Origin: an uncultured Actinomycetes bacterium
GTDB taxonomy: Bacteria > Actinomycetota > Thermoleophilia > UBA2241
Direction: 5' to 3'
Length of the DNA stretch: 64,000 nucleotides
Assembly (NCBI GenBank): GCA_963725665.1
Contig: CAVRZA010000006.1
Span: 514,069 to 578,068, forward strand
Of this stretch, positions 43,006 through 52,900 are shown piece after piece. A program made the position numbers and the translations under genes. The stretch's first letter is position 1, and every line of letters begins with the position of its first letter. The notes beneath the pieces are model-generated. The model was not told the DNA's origin, searched no databases, and saw only the letters and a list, made by a program, of their open reading frames with translations.

Positions 43006-43557
43006 ATGGCCGAGAGTAGTGTGAAGGGCGAACAGGTGTCCGTCGAGCGCTCCGTGGTGGGGCTCGTCAGGAGCACGACGGCGACGCTGCATCAGAGCGC
43101 GGGGATGGTGGTCTTCGACTCGGGGACGACCGAGATCAGGCAGGGCGCCGCAGTCGCGGCCGGGGCCTGGGGCGACCTGCGCATCTCGATGGGCGCCTGT
43201 GTCGCCGCCGTCTCACGCAGGAACGTCACCATCGAGCGGGGCTACGGACAGTGGATCATCGGCGCCGGCGACATGACCGTGACCCAGGGCGGCGCGATGA
43301 CCATGATGGCCGGCAAGTCGATCAGCGTGACTCAGGGTGGAGCGGCCCTGCTTCTCACTCAGTCGGCGCGCGTCGAGCACGGCAACGTCGGCCTGCTGAT
43401 CTCAGGCAGGACCGAGTTCGCCGACGGCTCGCGCGTGCTGCTGCGGCCGGCCGGCGCCGCCGCCTTGGGAGGGGCGCTTGGAGCTGCGTTCGCCCTCATC
43501 TGCCTCCTGTTCGGGCGTCGCTTCTGCCGCCGCTGCCCCGGGGCAAGCGGCTCGTAG
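43006..43557 (+). CDS. Hypothetical protein with Gly-rich ~15-aa repeats and C-terminal TM segment
   Basis: AAAGGAG RBS; repeated VTQGGA-type units. Confidence 0.65.
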   Translation: MAESSVKGEQVSVERSVVGLVRSTTATLHQSAGMVVFDSGTTEIRQGAAVAAGAWGDLRISMGACVAAVSRRNVTIERGYGQWIIGAGDMTVTQGGAMTMMAGKSISVTQGGAALLLTQSARVEHGNVGLLISGRTEFADGSRVLLRPAGAAALGGALGAAFALICLLFGRRFCRRCPGASGS

Positions 43558-43630
43558 GAACGCACGCGGCGGGCCTCGGGGGACGAAGCCCGAGGACGTC
43601 GCCGGGGCACGAGGGCGGCCAGGAGGCCAG

Positions 43631-44596
43631 ATGAAGGCGATCGTGGTTCGTGAGTTCGGCGAGCCGGGGGTACTGCGCCTCGAAGAGGTGCCCGACCCCC
43701 GGCTCGCCGGCCCCGACGAGATCCTCGTCGACGTCAAGGCCGTCGGTGTAAACCCGCTCGAGGCATACATACGAAGGGGGACCTATCCGCCGCACCCGCC
43801 GATGCCTTACACGCCGGGCTCCGACAGCGCCGGCCTCGTCGCCGAGGTGGGCAAGAACGTGACCCAGTTCAAGCCGGGTGACCGCGTCTACACCTCAGGC
43901 TCGCTCACCGGCACCTACGCCGAGAGGGCGCTCTGCCTGACGGCGCACGTGCACCGCCTCCCGGCGCCGACGAGCTTCGCCCAAGGCGCCGCGCTCGGCA
44001 TGCCCTACGCCACGGCCTATCACGCCCTGTTCCACCGCGCGCAGGCCGTGCCCGGCGAGACAGTGCTCGTGCACGGCGCCAGCGGCGGCGTCGGTCTCGC
44101 CGCCGTCCAGCTCGCCGCGGCGCGCGGCATGACCGTCTTCGGCACGGCCGGGAGCGAGGAGGGGCGCCGCCTCGTCCTCGAGCAGGGGGCGGCTCGCGCC
44201 CTCGACCATGCCGACCCGGCGCACTTCGACGAGATCCTCGACCTCACGCAGGGCTACGGCGTCGACGTCGTCATCGAGCTGCTGGCCAACGTGAACCTCG
44301 GCCGCGACCTCACCGTCCTCGCCCCACGCGGGCGAGTCGTCGTCGTCGGCAGCCGCGGCGCCGTCGAGATCACCCCTCGCGACCTCATGAACCGCGAGGC
44401 CGACATCTACGGCATGCGCATGCCGAACGTCTCGCTCGAGGAGCTCGCCAGCATCCACGCCGGCGTCGTCGCGGGGCTCGCCAACGGCACACTCTTCCCC
44501 GTGGTCGCACAAGAGCTCCCCCTGGCGGAGGCCGGCGCGGCGCATCGCGCGGTGATTGAGCGGCGCCACCTCGGCAAGATCGTGCTGCTTCCCTGA
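43631..44596 (+). CDS. NADPH:quinone oxidoreductase (zeta-crystallin/MDR family)
   Basis: MKAIVVREFGEPGVL, TAYHAL, VHGASGGVG and HLGKIVL motifs. Confidence 0.92.
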   Translation: MKAIVVREFGEPGVLRLEEVPDPRLAGPDEILVDVKAVGVNPLEAYIRRGTYPPHPPMPYTPGSDSAGLVAEVGKNVTQFKPGDRVYTSGSLTGTYAERALCLTAHVHRLPAPTSFAQGAALGMPYATAYHALFHRAQAVPGETVLVHGASGGVGLAAVQLAAARGMTVFGTAGSEEGRRLVLEQGAARALDHADPAHFDEILDLTQGYGVDVVIELLANVNLGRDLTVLAPRGRVVVVGSRGAVEITPRDLMNREADIYGMRMPNVSLEELASIHAGVVAGLANGTLFPVVAQELPLAEAGAAHRAVIERRHLGKIVLLP

Positions 44597-44630
44597 GGAC
44601 GACGGCGGTCCCTGACCCTCTGACGGTCCC

Positions 44631-45299
44631 CTAGATCTTGACCTCGCCCTGCTCCCGCCACCCGAAACCGGGCGTCCTCTTGGTCTCGCGCCGCGGCCGA
44701 TGCGCCTTGACGCGCTTGATCGAGGCGAGGTAGGCGCGCGCACCCCTGCGCCCGTTGCGCGTCTCGAAGGACGTCTCGTCGATGGCCTCGACCTCGAAGC
44801 CGTCCTCTTCACGGAAGGTGTCCGTGATCTCCGAGCCGTGGATGCGCCGCGGCCCCCAGTCGCCGGGCTCGTGCTCGGAGAAGCAGAGCATGAAGTAGTG
44901 GCCGTCGACCTCGAGCACAGCCTGCAGCCCCGCGACGAGCGGCCGGCGCTCTTCGTCGGAGAGGCTGTGGAAGAGGCCGCAGTCGATCACCGTGCCGAAC
45001 GAGCGGCCGATCGCCGCCAAGTGGAGGGCGTCGTGCACGGCGAACTGCGGCTTGGTGCGCCAGCGGCTGGCGCGTGATTTCTCTTGCGCGCGCTCGATGG
45101 CGAGCGGCGCGCTGTCTATGCCCAGCACGTCGTGGCCGTGCCGTGCCAGGTAGATCGCGTTGTCGCCCGTGCCGCAGCCGATGTCGAGCACGCTGTCCCC
45201 GATCTCTCCCGCACGCTCGAGCCGCGCCACGACGAGCTGGCGACGACCGATGTCCCAGGGGGGCGTGCCGCGATACGCGTCGTCGAACCAACCGCTCAT
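44631..45299 (-). CDS. Class I SAM-dependent methyltransferase
   Basis: PPWDIG, VLDIGCGTG and TVIDCGLFH motifs. Confidence 0.88.
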   Translation of the reverse strand: MSGWFDDAYRGTPPWDIGRRQLVVARLERAGEIGDSVLDIGCGTGDNAIYLARHGHDVLGIDSAPLAIERAQEKSRASRWRTKPQFAVHDALHLAAIGRSFGTVIDCGLFHSLSDEERRPLVAGLQAVLEVDGHYFMLCFSEHEPGDWGPRRIHGSEITDTFREEDGFEVEAIDETSFETRNGRRGARAYLASIKRVKAHRPRRETKRTPGFGWREQGEVKI

Positions 45300-45435
45300 A
45301 CAGTAGACGGGCGTCGCCCGGCGAGGCTGCCGCCCCGACCGTGCGCCCGGTCACCTCACTTGCACTCGTCTAACAGTTCACGGATTGCCGCTGCAAGCGG
45401 GGCCAATGCCCTCCTGCTTCCCGCGCACGGCGTCA

Positions 45436-45476
45436 CGACAGAGGCCCGCCGCCGAAAGGGCGGCGGGCCTCTGTCG
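45436..45476. terminator. Perfect 18-bp hairpin terminator
   Basis: CGACAGAGGCCCGCCGCC-GAAAG-GGCGGCGGGCCTCTGTCG. Confidence 0.7.
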
Positions 45477-45510
45477 CTCGGTCAGGGAGGGGGCGTAACC
45501 AGGTCGCCCG

Positions 45511-46206
45511 TCAGTGCTGCGGCGGCGCGAGGTTCCGGTTCTTCGTGATGGCGAGGGAAGTCTTGCTGCCGGTGGCGCCGTAGGGGATGAACTGCGCGGT
45601 GATCGTCGCCCAGCAATCCACGGGGGTCGAGGACGCGTTCCAGTCAAGCCGTACGGAGAAGGTCCGAGCCCCAGCCGTGACAGGGAAGACCCCGATGTTG
45701 CCGATCGCCCACTCGTCGCCCGAAGGTGAGTCGGTGTTGTTGTAGGGCGAATGGGTGGCGGCCGTGTCGTCCCAGACCCGCACGCCGACTGCGCCGTTGG
45801 CGCCGAACGTATCGATCCAGCCATTGACGAGCACGAAGCCCGTCGTTGGCGCGGTGAGCGAGACCGTTGCGACCGTGCCGGTGGCTCCGGCGCCTATAGT
45901 AGTAGAGCCGGATCCCAATCCGACCCTGCCTAGTGACGAGAGTGCGGAGGCCTTGATGTCGGCCAGGGTCAGAGTGTAGTTCTTGACCTTCGCGCTCGTG
46001 ATGGCACCGGTCCTGACCTTCGCGCTCGTGATGGCACCGGTCTTGACCTTCGCGGTCGTGACGGCACCGGTCTTGAGTTGCTGGGTGCCCACGCTGCCGG
46101 CCGGCAAGACGATCGCGGCATAGCCCGTGCCGGCCAGTGAAAGCACGAGCGCGATGCAGGCCACGATCATGGCTGGCGAGGGCCGGTGACGGATGATGCG
46201 ATGCAT
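45511..46206 (-). CDS. Secreted protein with 10-aa GA(V/I)T(T/S)AKV repeats
   Basis: SPAMIVACIALVLSLAGTGYAA signal peptide, then repeats, then a beta-rich C-terminal domain; AGGGAGG RBS. Confidence 0.75.
   Translation of the reverse strand: MHRIIRHRPSPAMIVACIALVLSLAGTGYAAIVLPAGSVGTQQLKTGAVTTAKVKTGAITSAKVRTGAITSAKVKNYTLTLADIKASALSSLGRVGLGSGSTTIGAGATGTVATVSLTAPTTGFVLVNGWIDTFGANGAVGVRVWDDTAATHSPYNNTDSPSGDEWAIGNIGVFPVTAGARTFSVRLDWNASSTPVDCWATITAQFIPYGATGSKTSLAITKNRNLAPPQH
45981..46076. repeat. About 3.2 copies of a 30-nt coding tandem repeat
   Basis: Three copies of tc(t/c)tgaccttcgcg(c/g)tcgtga(t/c)ggcaccgg plus a partial fourth. Confidence 0.9.
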
Positions 46207-46277
46207 TGGCTACCTCCCTTTTGACTCGATCCCACGACGGTCCTGACCCGACTATGATAGTCCAAAACCCGACGAAC

Positions 46278-46320
46278 TGAACCGCCCCGGGTTCAGTGGA
46301 GACTCTGTTGTTTGAGTGCT
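46278..46320 (-). mobile_element. Solo right end of an IS3-family (IS51/IS6110-like) element
   Basis: TGAACCGCCCCGGGTTCAGTGGAGACTC resembles IS6110/IS629 terminal inverted repeats. The minus strand reads ALKQQSLH*, like an orfB C-terminus. No transposase is present in the window. Confidence 0.75.
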
Positions 46321-46356
46321 TCGTCGTCCTCTCAGCCGGCCTTCTTCAGCAGCCTG

Positions 46357-47933
46357 CTACACTCCCACCGGCTGCCCTGCGCGGGCGTCTGGGCCGCGCT
46401 GCTCGCGCGCCAGCGCCTCGGCGCGCCGCGCAAGCTCCTCGATGGTTCCCGAGAAGATGCGACCGTGAACTGGGTAGAGGCCGTACCAGTAGCCGAAGCC
46501 GGGGAGGCCCTTGGGGGCGAAGAAGGCGGTCTGCGTGAGGAGGCTGTCGCCGGTCGCGCCGCCGCCCCCTGGGGGCCGACGGGCAACACCTCGAACTGCA
46601 GCCACGCCAGCCCGGGCAGCTTCATCTCGGCGCGAAGCCGCAGCAGCCTGTCGGGCTCGACGGCCTCGACGCGCCAGAAGTCGAGCGCATCCCCAGGGCG
46701 GAGCTCCGCCGGGTCGCGACGCCCGCGCCGAAGACCGACGCCGCCGACGGCGATGTCGAGCAGACCGCGGAGCTGCCAGAGGGCGTTCGCGTAGGGCCAG
46801 CGCCACTCGCCGCCCACGCGACAGAAGGTCTCGAAGACCTCGTGCGGCGAGGCCGCGACACGGCGCTGGCGGCGCTCGATCATCATCCCTTCCTCGGTCA
46901 CCAGGGACACGGGGGCCATGTCTCCCTCGCTGCTCGCCAACGAGTCGGTCCAGGACGTGGCGACCCGGCCGGACTCCAGGCTGTCGAGCGCCTGGCGCAC
47001 CGCCTCGCGGTAGTCGAGCGGATGGATGTCGGGGAACAGCTGCGCAGCGAGGTCGTCGCGCACGACGACCTCGCTGCGCAGCCCCTCGATCAGCGGACGC
47101 GCGATCGTGCTCGGGATGGGCGTGACGAGGTGCACCCAGTACGAGGAGAGGCGCGGCGTGAGCACCGGCACCGCGATCAGATGGCGATTGAGCCCGCGCA
47201 CCTCCGCGTAGCCGGTCATCATCTCGCCGTAGGTCAGCACATCGCTGCCGCCGATCTCGACGATCTCGCCGGCGCTCTCCGGCACCTCCAGGGCAGCGAC
47301 GAGGTAGGCGATCACGTCGCGCGCCGCGATCGGCTGCACGCGGGTGTAGACCCACTCCGGGCACACCATCACCGGCAAGCGCTCGGTGAGGTAGCGGATC
47401 ATCTCGAAGGAGACACTGCCCGAGCCGACGACGATGGCGGCACGGAACTCGGTGACGGGCGGGCCGCTGCGACGCAGCTCGTCGCCCGTCTCCTGACGTG
47501 AGCGCAGGTGCTGCGAGATGTCCTTCTCGGGGTCGCCGAGGCCGCCGAGGTAGACCAGGCGCTGCACGCCGGCACGGCTCGCAGCGGCCGGCGAACGCGC
47601 CGCAGCCGCCACGTCGCGCTGGCGGTACCCCCCGCCACCCATCATGCTGTGCACGAGGTAGTAGGCGGCCTCGACGCCGCCCAGGGCGGCGTCGAGGCCG
47701 CCCGGAACCAGCACGTCGCCGCGCACCGCCTCGACCTGCTCGTACCACGGTCGCCCGCGCAGGCGCGAGGGGTCGCGGGCGAGACACCGCACACGATAAC
47801 CGGCCTCGAGCAGCGCCGGCACGAGCCGGCCGCCGATGTAGCCGGTCGCCCCCGTCACCAACACAAGGGGTCTCTCGCCGGCCGCCTGTGTGCGTCCGCT
47901 GCGGCTGCCGGCACGTCGCTGCTTCGCGGCCAT
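46357..47933 (-). CDS. NAD(P)-binding SDR plus DUF2867 protein (YbjT-like; frameshift near 46555)
   Basis: VTGATGYIG, YYLVHSM, VGSGSVSFEM, DFWRV and RAEMKLPG; C-terminus TAFFAPKGLPGFGYWY is in an adjacent frame. Confidence 0.88.
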
Positions 47934-48102
47934 CGCGTCCTCCCCGGGGTGATCACATGGCAGCCCCCATACTACCCTCCACCCATCTTGGGCGCTCGAC
48001 AGGCCCCATGCCCGGGACCGCCCCGGCACTCACAGCGCGCCCGATGCGGTCGCGCGACAGAGACCCTCAAGCCCGACGCCCGAGTCTGCCGATGCTGCCC
48101 TC

Positions 48103-48621
48103 ATGGACGTCCAACGGGCCACGGGCGAGCAGCCGACGAACACGACGCGGCGGCGCAGGCGCCACGGGTTCACCAAGCGCGACTGGATCGGTGACTGCCT
48201 CATCACGATCGCCGGCGGCCTGGTGATCGTCGCCGGCGTCGTCCTACCTTGGGCCAACGACGACGCCGGGCACCAGGTGAACCTCAGCCTCACCAAGCCC
48301 GAAGCGATCAGAGGGGCGCTGGAGACCGACTGGGGGATCGCCGTGCTCATTCTGGGCATCGCGGTCTTCGCGCTGGGCGCGTTGATGCTGGCTCTGGGGC
48401 CGCGGCGTCTCGCCGCGCCCTGCGGCGCAACGATCGCCGTCGCCGGCGTGGCCGTCGTTGTGGTCGCGTTCCGCGCCGCCGCCCCGATGGCGGGGTTCTT
48501 CAAGCCGGGGCTCGGCATCTACATCGATGTACTGGCCGGCATCCTGCTGGTGCCGACCGGGTTCGCGGTGGCCGTCGTCGGCTACATCCTCGCCGCCGAG
48601 GCGAGCGAGACTACGCGCTAG
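48103..48621 (+). CDS. Hypothetical membrane protein
   Basis: Four TM segments with LPW and PGLGIY motifs. Confidence 0.6.
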   Translation: MDVQRATGEQPTNTTRRRRRHGFTKRDWIGDCLITIAGGLVIVAGVVLPWANDDAGHQVNLSLTKPEAIRGALETDWGIAVLILGIAVFALGALMLALGPRRLAAPCGATIAVAGVAVVVVAFRAAAPMAGFFKPGLGIYIDVLAGILLVPTGFAVAVVGYILAAEASETTR

Positions 48622-48627
48622 CGGCGA

Positions 48628-48792
48628 TCACTCCTCGACCGGCTCGAACATGTCCTTAGCGGCGCCGCAGGTCGGGCACTCCCAGTCCTCGGGCAGATCC
48701 TCGAAGGCCGTGCCCGGAGGGATGTCGCCGTCGGGATCGCCGACTTCGGGGTCGTAGATGTAGTCGCACAACGTACAGGCCCACTTCTGCAT
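48628..48792 (-). CDS. Rubredoxin
   Basis: [49 protein letters not shown]. Confidence 0.97.
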   Translation of the reverse strand: MQKWACTLCDYIYDPEVGDPDGDIPPGTAFEDLPEDWECPTCGAAKDMFEPVEE

Positions 48793-48932
48793 GCTGACCT
48801 CCGACTGGGACGGGTTCGGGGCGTGCCGTGGCACGAATCCTAGCATCGTTCTGCGCGGCAAACTGTGCGATGATGCCCGGGCAAAATGCTCCGGCATCGC
48901 GACGAGGCAGCCGATCGGAGGCGCACGACAGC

Positions 48933-50009
48933 ATGACGGCAAGGAGCAGGGCGATCCGGAGCGCGGCGGGCCGCGGCGAGACAGAGGCCGAGGGCGGCCC
49001 TTACCGCCGCTTGTACAGGATCGCCGGCGCGATCGTCCAGGTCGAGTCGCCGATCCCTTTCAGCGACACGACCTTCGAACCGAAGTTCGTCGCCTTCCGA
49101 GCCGACGGCCCCCCGTCGGACGTGGAGGCCGGCGCCGAGGCCGGCGGGGACCCGCCCGACCAGCCGATCCGCATCAGGCATCACTTCGCGCTGCCCGACG
49201 AAGCCGTGCGCCGCTGCGAGCGGCGGCGCGAGGTCTACCGCGAGGCTCCCTGGGCCGTGTTCCGCGCCGAGGACTCGTGGGTCTACGAGGGCATCCTGCC
49301 GAGCGGCGAGGCGCAGCTCTGGTGCGTCGTCGTGGCCGACGAGGACCACTCCCACATCGACATCTACCACCCCGACGAGACCGCCTTCCGCCGCGGCGGG
49401 TGGCACTCCCTGAGCATGCTGCCCACCGACCAGATCGTCCTCGCCCGCTCGCTCGCCTCGCGGCAGGCCTGCTACCTGCACTCGAGTGCGGTCATCCTCG
49501 ACCGGCAGGGATTCGTTTTCGTGGGCCACTCCGACGCCGGCAAGACCACGATCTCGCGCCAGCTCACGGCCGGCGGGGCGGAGCTGCTCTGCGACGACCG
49601 CAACATCGTGCGCCGCTGGCCCGACGGCTTCCGCCTGCACGGCACCTGGAGCCACGGCGACATCCCCGAGGTCAGCGGCAGCGAGGCTCCGCTGAAGGCG
49701 CTGCTGTTCCTGAAGCAGGCCGAGCGCAACAGGCTCGTCCCGCTCGCGGAGCGCGACGCCTTCTACCGCCTGACCTCGTGCGTCGTGAGGCCGCTTCTCA
49801 GCGCCGACTGGTGGGAGCAGACGCTCGACCTGCTGGAACGGCTCGCGCGGGAGGTGCCCTGCCACGAGCTGGAGTTCGACACGAGCGGCGAGGCACCCGA
49901 CCTGGTCGCCTCGCTCTTGCGGAGTGACGGGCCGTCGCCGGCGACCTCGAAGGGCGCCCCGGCGAGCATCTCGAACCCCAAACGAGAGGACACATGGAAC
50001 CTCAAGTGA
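48933..50009 (+). CDS. HPr-kinase-related (RiPP-type) kinase
   Basis: [18 protein letters not shown] (P-loop) and LLCDD motifs; first gene of the RRE/radical SAM cassette. Confidence 0.8.
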   Translation: MTARSRAIRSAAGRGETEAEGGPYRRLYRIAGAIVQVESPIPFSDTTFEPKFVAFRADGPPSDVEAGAEAGGDPPDQPIRIRHHFALPDEAVRRCERRREVYREAPWAVFRAEDSWVYEGILPSGEAQLWCVVVADEDHSHIDIYHPDETAFRRGGWHSLSMLPTDQIVLARSLASRQACYLHSSAVILDRQGFVFVGHSDAGKTTISRQLTAGGAELLCDDRNIVRRWPDGFRLHGTWSHGDIPEVSGSEAPLKALLFLKQAERNRLVPLAERDAFYRLTSCVVRPLLSADWWEQTLDLLERLAREVPCHELEFDTSGEAPDLVASLLRSDGPSPATSKGAPASISNPKREDTWNLK

Positions 50010-50302
50010 CGCTCGACGCCGTCGTCGTCGCCTCGCAGGACGTCGTGGCGCGCCGCATCGAGGACGAGCTCATCCTGGTCCCGTTGGTCGGCGACATCGG
50101 CAACCGGGACGACGAGCTCTTCTCGCTCAACGACACCGGCATGAAGATCTGGGACTGCCTCGATGGGCAGCGCACGCTGCGCGACGTGGCCGCCGAGCTG
50201 GCCGAGCGCTACGACGACCCGGGGGGCGAGATCGAGGCCGACGTCATCGGCCTCGTGAGTGAGCTCGCGAGGAGGCGCCTGGTCGTTGTCCGCGAGGCCT
50301 GA
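49994..50302 (+). CDS. PqqD-family RiPP recognition element (RRE)
   Basis: VVARRIEDELILVP...LFSLNDTGMKIWDCLDGQRTLRDVAAELAERYD...IEADVIGLVSEL. Confidence 0.92.
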   Translation: MEPQVTLDAVVVASQDVVARRIEDELILVPLVGDIGNRDDELFSLNDTGMKIWDCLDGQRTLRDVAAELAERYDDPGGEIEADVIGLVSELARRRLVVVREA

Positions 50303-51379
50303 GAACCCCGCCGCCGCACTCTGTCCCGACTGCGGCGTGCCCCTGAGCTGGCGCAGCCGGGTCCGCTGCCGGGAACGTCCGCCCCGACCTGCCGCGCAGG
50401 AGCTGCGCCTCGAAGCGCCGTCCACCAGCATCCTCGTCACCGACGTCGTGGTCGCTCGTGCCCTTGCCAAGAAGGGATCGTTGACCCTGGTCGGGTCTGG
50501 CGCCTGCATGGAGCCGGCCATCAAGGACGGGGACGCGGTGCGCGTCGACCCCGTGGAGCTCCGCGAGGCGAAGGTCGGTCAAGTGGCGGTCTTCCGGCGC
50601 GACGGCGCGCTGCTCGCGCACCGCATCGTGAGCAAGGGCGGCGACGGCAAGGCGCACCTGGTGACCAGGAGCGACGCGAACACCGGGGCAGACGATGGGC
50701 CCCTCTACGAAGACGACTTCGTCGGTGTCGTGGCCGCGATAGAGCGGCGGGGGCGGCCGCGCCGCCTCGCGGCGCGGCCGCCCGACGAGCCCGCCTGGCG
50801 GCGCAGCGCCCGGACGCGCTATCTCGCCGCCCGGCGCAGGGCCACCCTCGCCGCCATGCGTGGCCTGTCGGCCGCCCAGCGGCTGCCGGCCTACCGCTCG
50901 CTCGCCTCGCGCGCACTCGCGCCCTCGCGGCGCGGCGCGCGCATCGTCGTGCGCCTGCCCCTGCACGCCGCCCAGACGCACGACCTGCACCGCGAGCTCG
51001 CACTCGACGAGGCCCTGACGGCCGTGCGCGAGGGCGCGCCGGCCCCGACCGGTTCGAGCTCGCCCTCCTAGGCGACGACGCCCGCCGCGGCGGCAAGGTA
51101 CACCTCGCCTCGCTGACGGTCGTGCGCCTGCCGGAGGGCTGCCCCGAGGCCGGGTGGTGGCTCGTCGACCTCGACACCCGCCTGCGCCGCCGCGCCGCGG
51201 GGCTCGAAGAGCCCCTGCTCGGCGCGGCGGCCTCTCTCCTCAGAGCCATCGGCGGGCGCGAGCTCAAGGCCGACCCCGAGGTCCTGACCGGCTACGAGCA
51301 GGACCTCCTGCGCCGCAACGGCTTCAAGCTGCAGGCGTCTTCACCCAGCCCCGTCCTCGAGCGTATCCTCGCGAGCTGA
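50286..51379 (+). CDS. S24/S26-like peptidase fused to a GNAT-like C-terminal domain (frameshift near 51050; start uncertain)
   Basis: GSGACMEPAIKDGDAVRV...GQVAVFRRDGALLAHRIV...TRSD...D; C-terminal GWWLVDLDTRLRRRAAGLEEPLL...LLRRNGF. Confidence 0.7.
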
Positions 51380-52549
51380 TGGACCAGCGATCGCACGAAC
51401 CGAGCATGAACGCGCGAGCGGACCGACCGAGCAAGTACGTGACCGAGACGCAGATGCCGCGCCTCGACCTGTGGGCCAAGCTGGCCGAGCGGCGCAAGCC
51501 GGCGTCCTTCGAGCTCGAGACGACGGCCCGCTGCAACAACGACTGCCGCCACTGCTACATCAACCTGCCTGAGAACGACGCCGAGGCCGAGGCGAAGGAG
51601 CTGACGCTCTCTGAGACCCTCGACATCGCCCGCCAGGCGACGGAGCTGGGGGCGGTGTGGTGCCTCGTCACGGGCGGCGAGCCCCTGCTGCGCGACGATT
51701 TCGCCGACCTCTACCTCGGCCTCAAGAAGCTCGGCCTGCTGGTCTCGGTCTTCACCAACGCCTGCCTCGTGACGCCCGAGCACGTCGAGCTCTTCGGCCG
51801 CTACCCGCCGCGCGACATCGAGGTCACCGTCTACGGCGCAACCGAGGCGACCTACGAGCGCGTCACGCGCCGCAAGGGCTCCTTCGCAGCCTTCCGGCGC
51901 GGCCTCGACCTGCTCCTCGACGGCGGCGTGCCGGTGCGGCTCAAGGCGATGGCGCTGCGCTCCAACGTGCACGAGTTCGACGAGATGGCCGCCTTCTGCC
52001 GCAAGCACACCAAGGACTACTACCGCTTCGACCCACTCATCCACCTGCGCTACGACGGCGACCCGCGGCGCAACGAGGAGATCCGCGGAGAACGGTTGAC
52101 CCCGCGCGAGATCGCCGAGCTCGAACGGCGCGACCCGGAGCGTCTGAGCTACATGCGGGAGCACTGCCATGAGCTGATCGAGGACTCGCCAGGAGTCGGC
52201 CGATCGCAACGCCCTCTTCACGTGCGGAGCGGGGCTCGAGTCCTTCACCGTCACCTACGACGGCCGCTTGCGCCTGTGCTCGGCCCTGGGTCACCCCGAC
52301 TGCGTCTACGATCTGCGTTCCGGCAGCCTGAAGGAGGCATGGTCCGAGTTCATCCCCTCCGTACGGAACCTGCGCTCCTCTGACCCCGACTTCCTGGCTC
52401 GCTGCGCCTCGTGCCACCTCGTGAACCTCTGCCTGTGGTGCCCCGCGCACGCCTTCCTCGAGGCAGGTAAGCTCGATGCCGTGCCGAATGACTTCTGCGA
52501 GTCGGCGCTTGCTCGGGCCGGGGTGCTCGGCCACGGCGAGACCGATTGA
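51379..52549 (+). CDS. Radical SAM/SPASM peptide maturase (frameshift near 52200)
   Basis: ELETTARCNNDCRHCY, TGGEPLLR and FTN motifs; SPASM region FTCGAG...LRLCS...CASCHLVNLCLWCP...FC. Confidence 0.9.
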
Positions 52550-52574
52550 CGAGTGGCGGAGCCATTACGATAAT
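52546..52574 (+). promoter_or_regulatory. Near-consensus sigma70 promoter for the precursor peptide gene
   Basis: TTGACG-N17-GATAAT. Confidence 0.7.
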
Positions 52575-52622
52575 GCGCGAAGCGTGCCGACAACGGCGCA
52601 ACGACAACGTCGGGGAGCCAGC

Positions 52623-52781
52623 ATGCCGAAACCGCCTGGAAGACGCCGAATCTGACGGTCATAGCACGGGGCAAGCCTGAGGAGAAGGTCCTTCTCGCCT
52701 GCAAGATGGGCGGCAGCGGCCCCGGCGGGCATCTGCGCCAGGTCCGAGCAACTGCGCAGCACGTTGGCTTCAGCTAGCTGA
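52623..52781 (+). CDS. Putative RiPP precursor peptide (~50 aa; needs a +1 correction after codon 3, and the C-terminal frame is uncertain)
   Basis: GGGGAG RBS, then ATG CCG AAA [+1] ...AWKTPNLTVIARGKPEEKVLLACKMGGSGPGG. It ends ...GFS* or ...STLASAS*, with extra Cys codons (ICAR, NC) in neighbouring frames. Confidence 0.75.
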
Positions 52782-52803
52782 CAACGGCGTGTTTCTCTTC
52801 CCA

Positions 52804-52840
52804 TCGGCCGACGACCTCCGGCGCGGGAGGCTTCGGTCGA
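52804..52840 (+). terminator. Stem-loop 3' of the precursor gene
   Basis: TCGGCCGA..CCTCC-loop-GGAGG..TCGGTCGA. Confidence 0.45.
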
Positions 52841-52900
52841 CCGTTTCGCGGGCAGTAGCGGCTCGCTGATCTCCGCCTCGATCCTTCTGGCGCCGGCCCG

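Noticed and set aside
45981-46076. 30-nt direct repeats as a possible CRISPR array
   Set aside because: The repeats are contiguous with no spacers, lie in frame within a CDS (10-aa repeat), and no cas genes are present.
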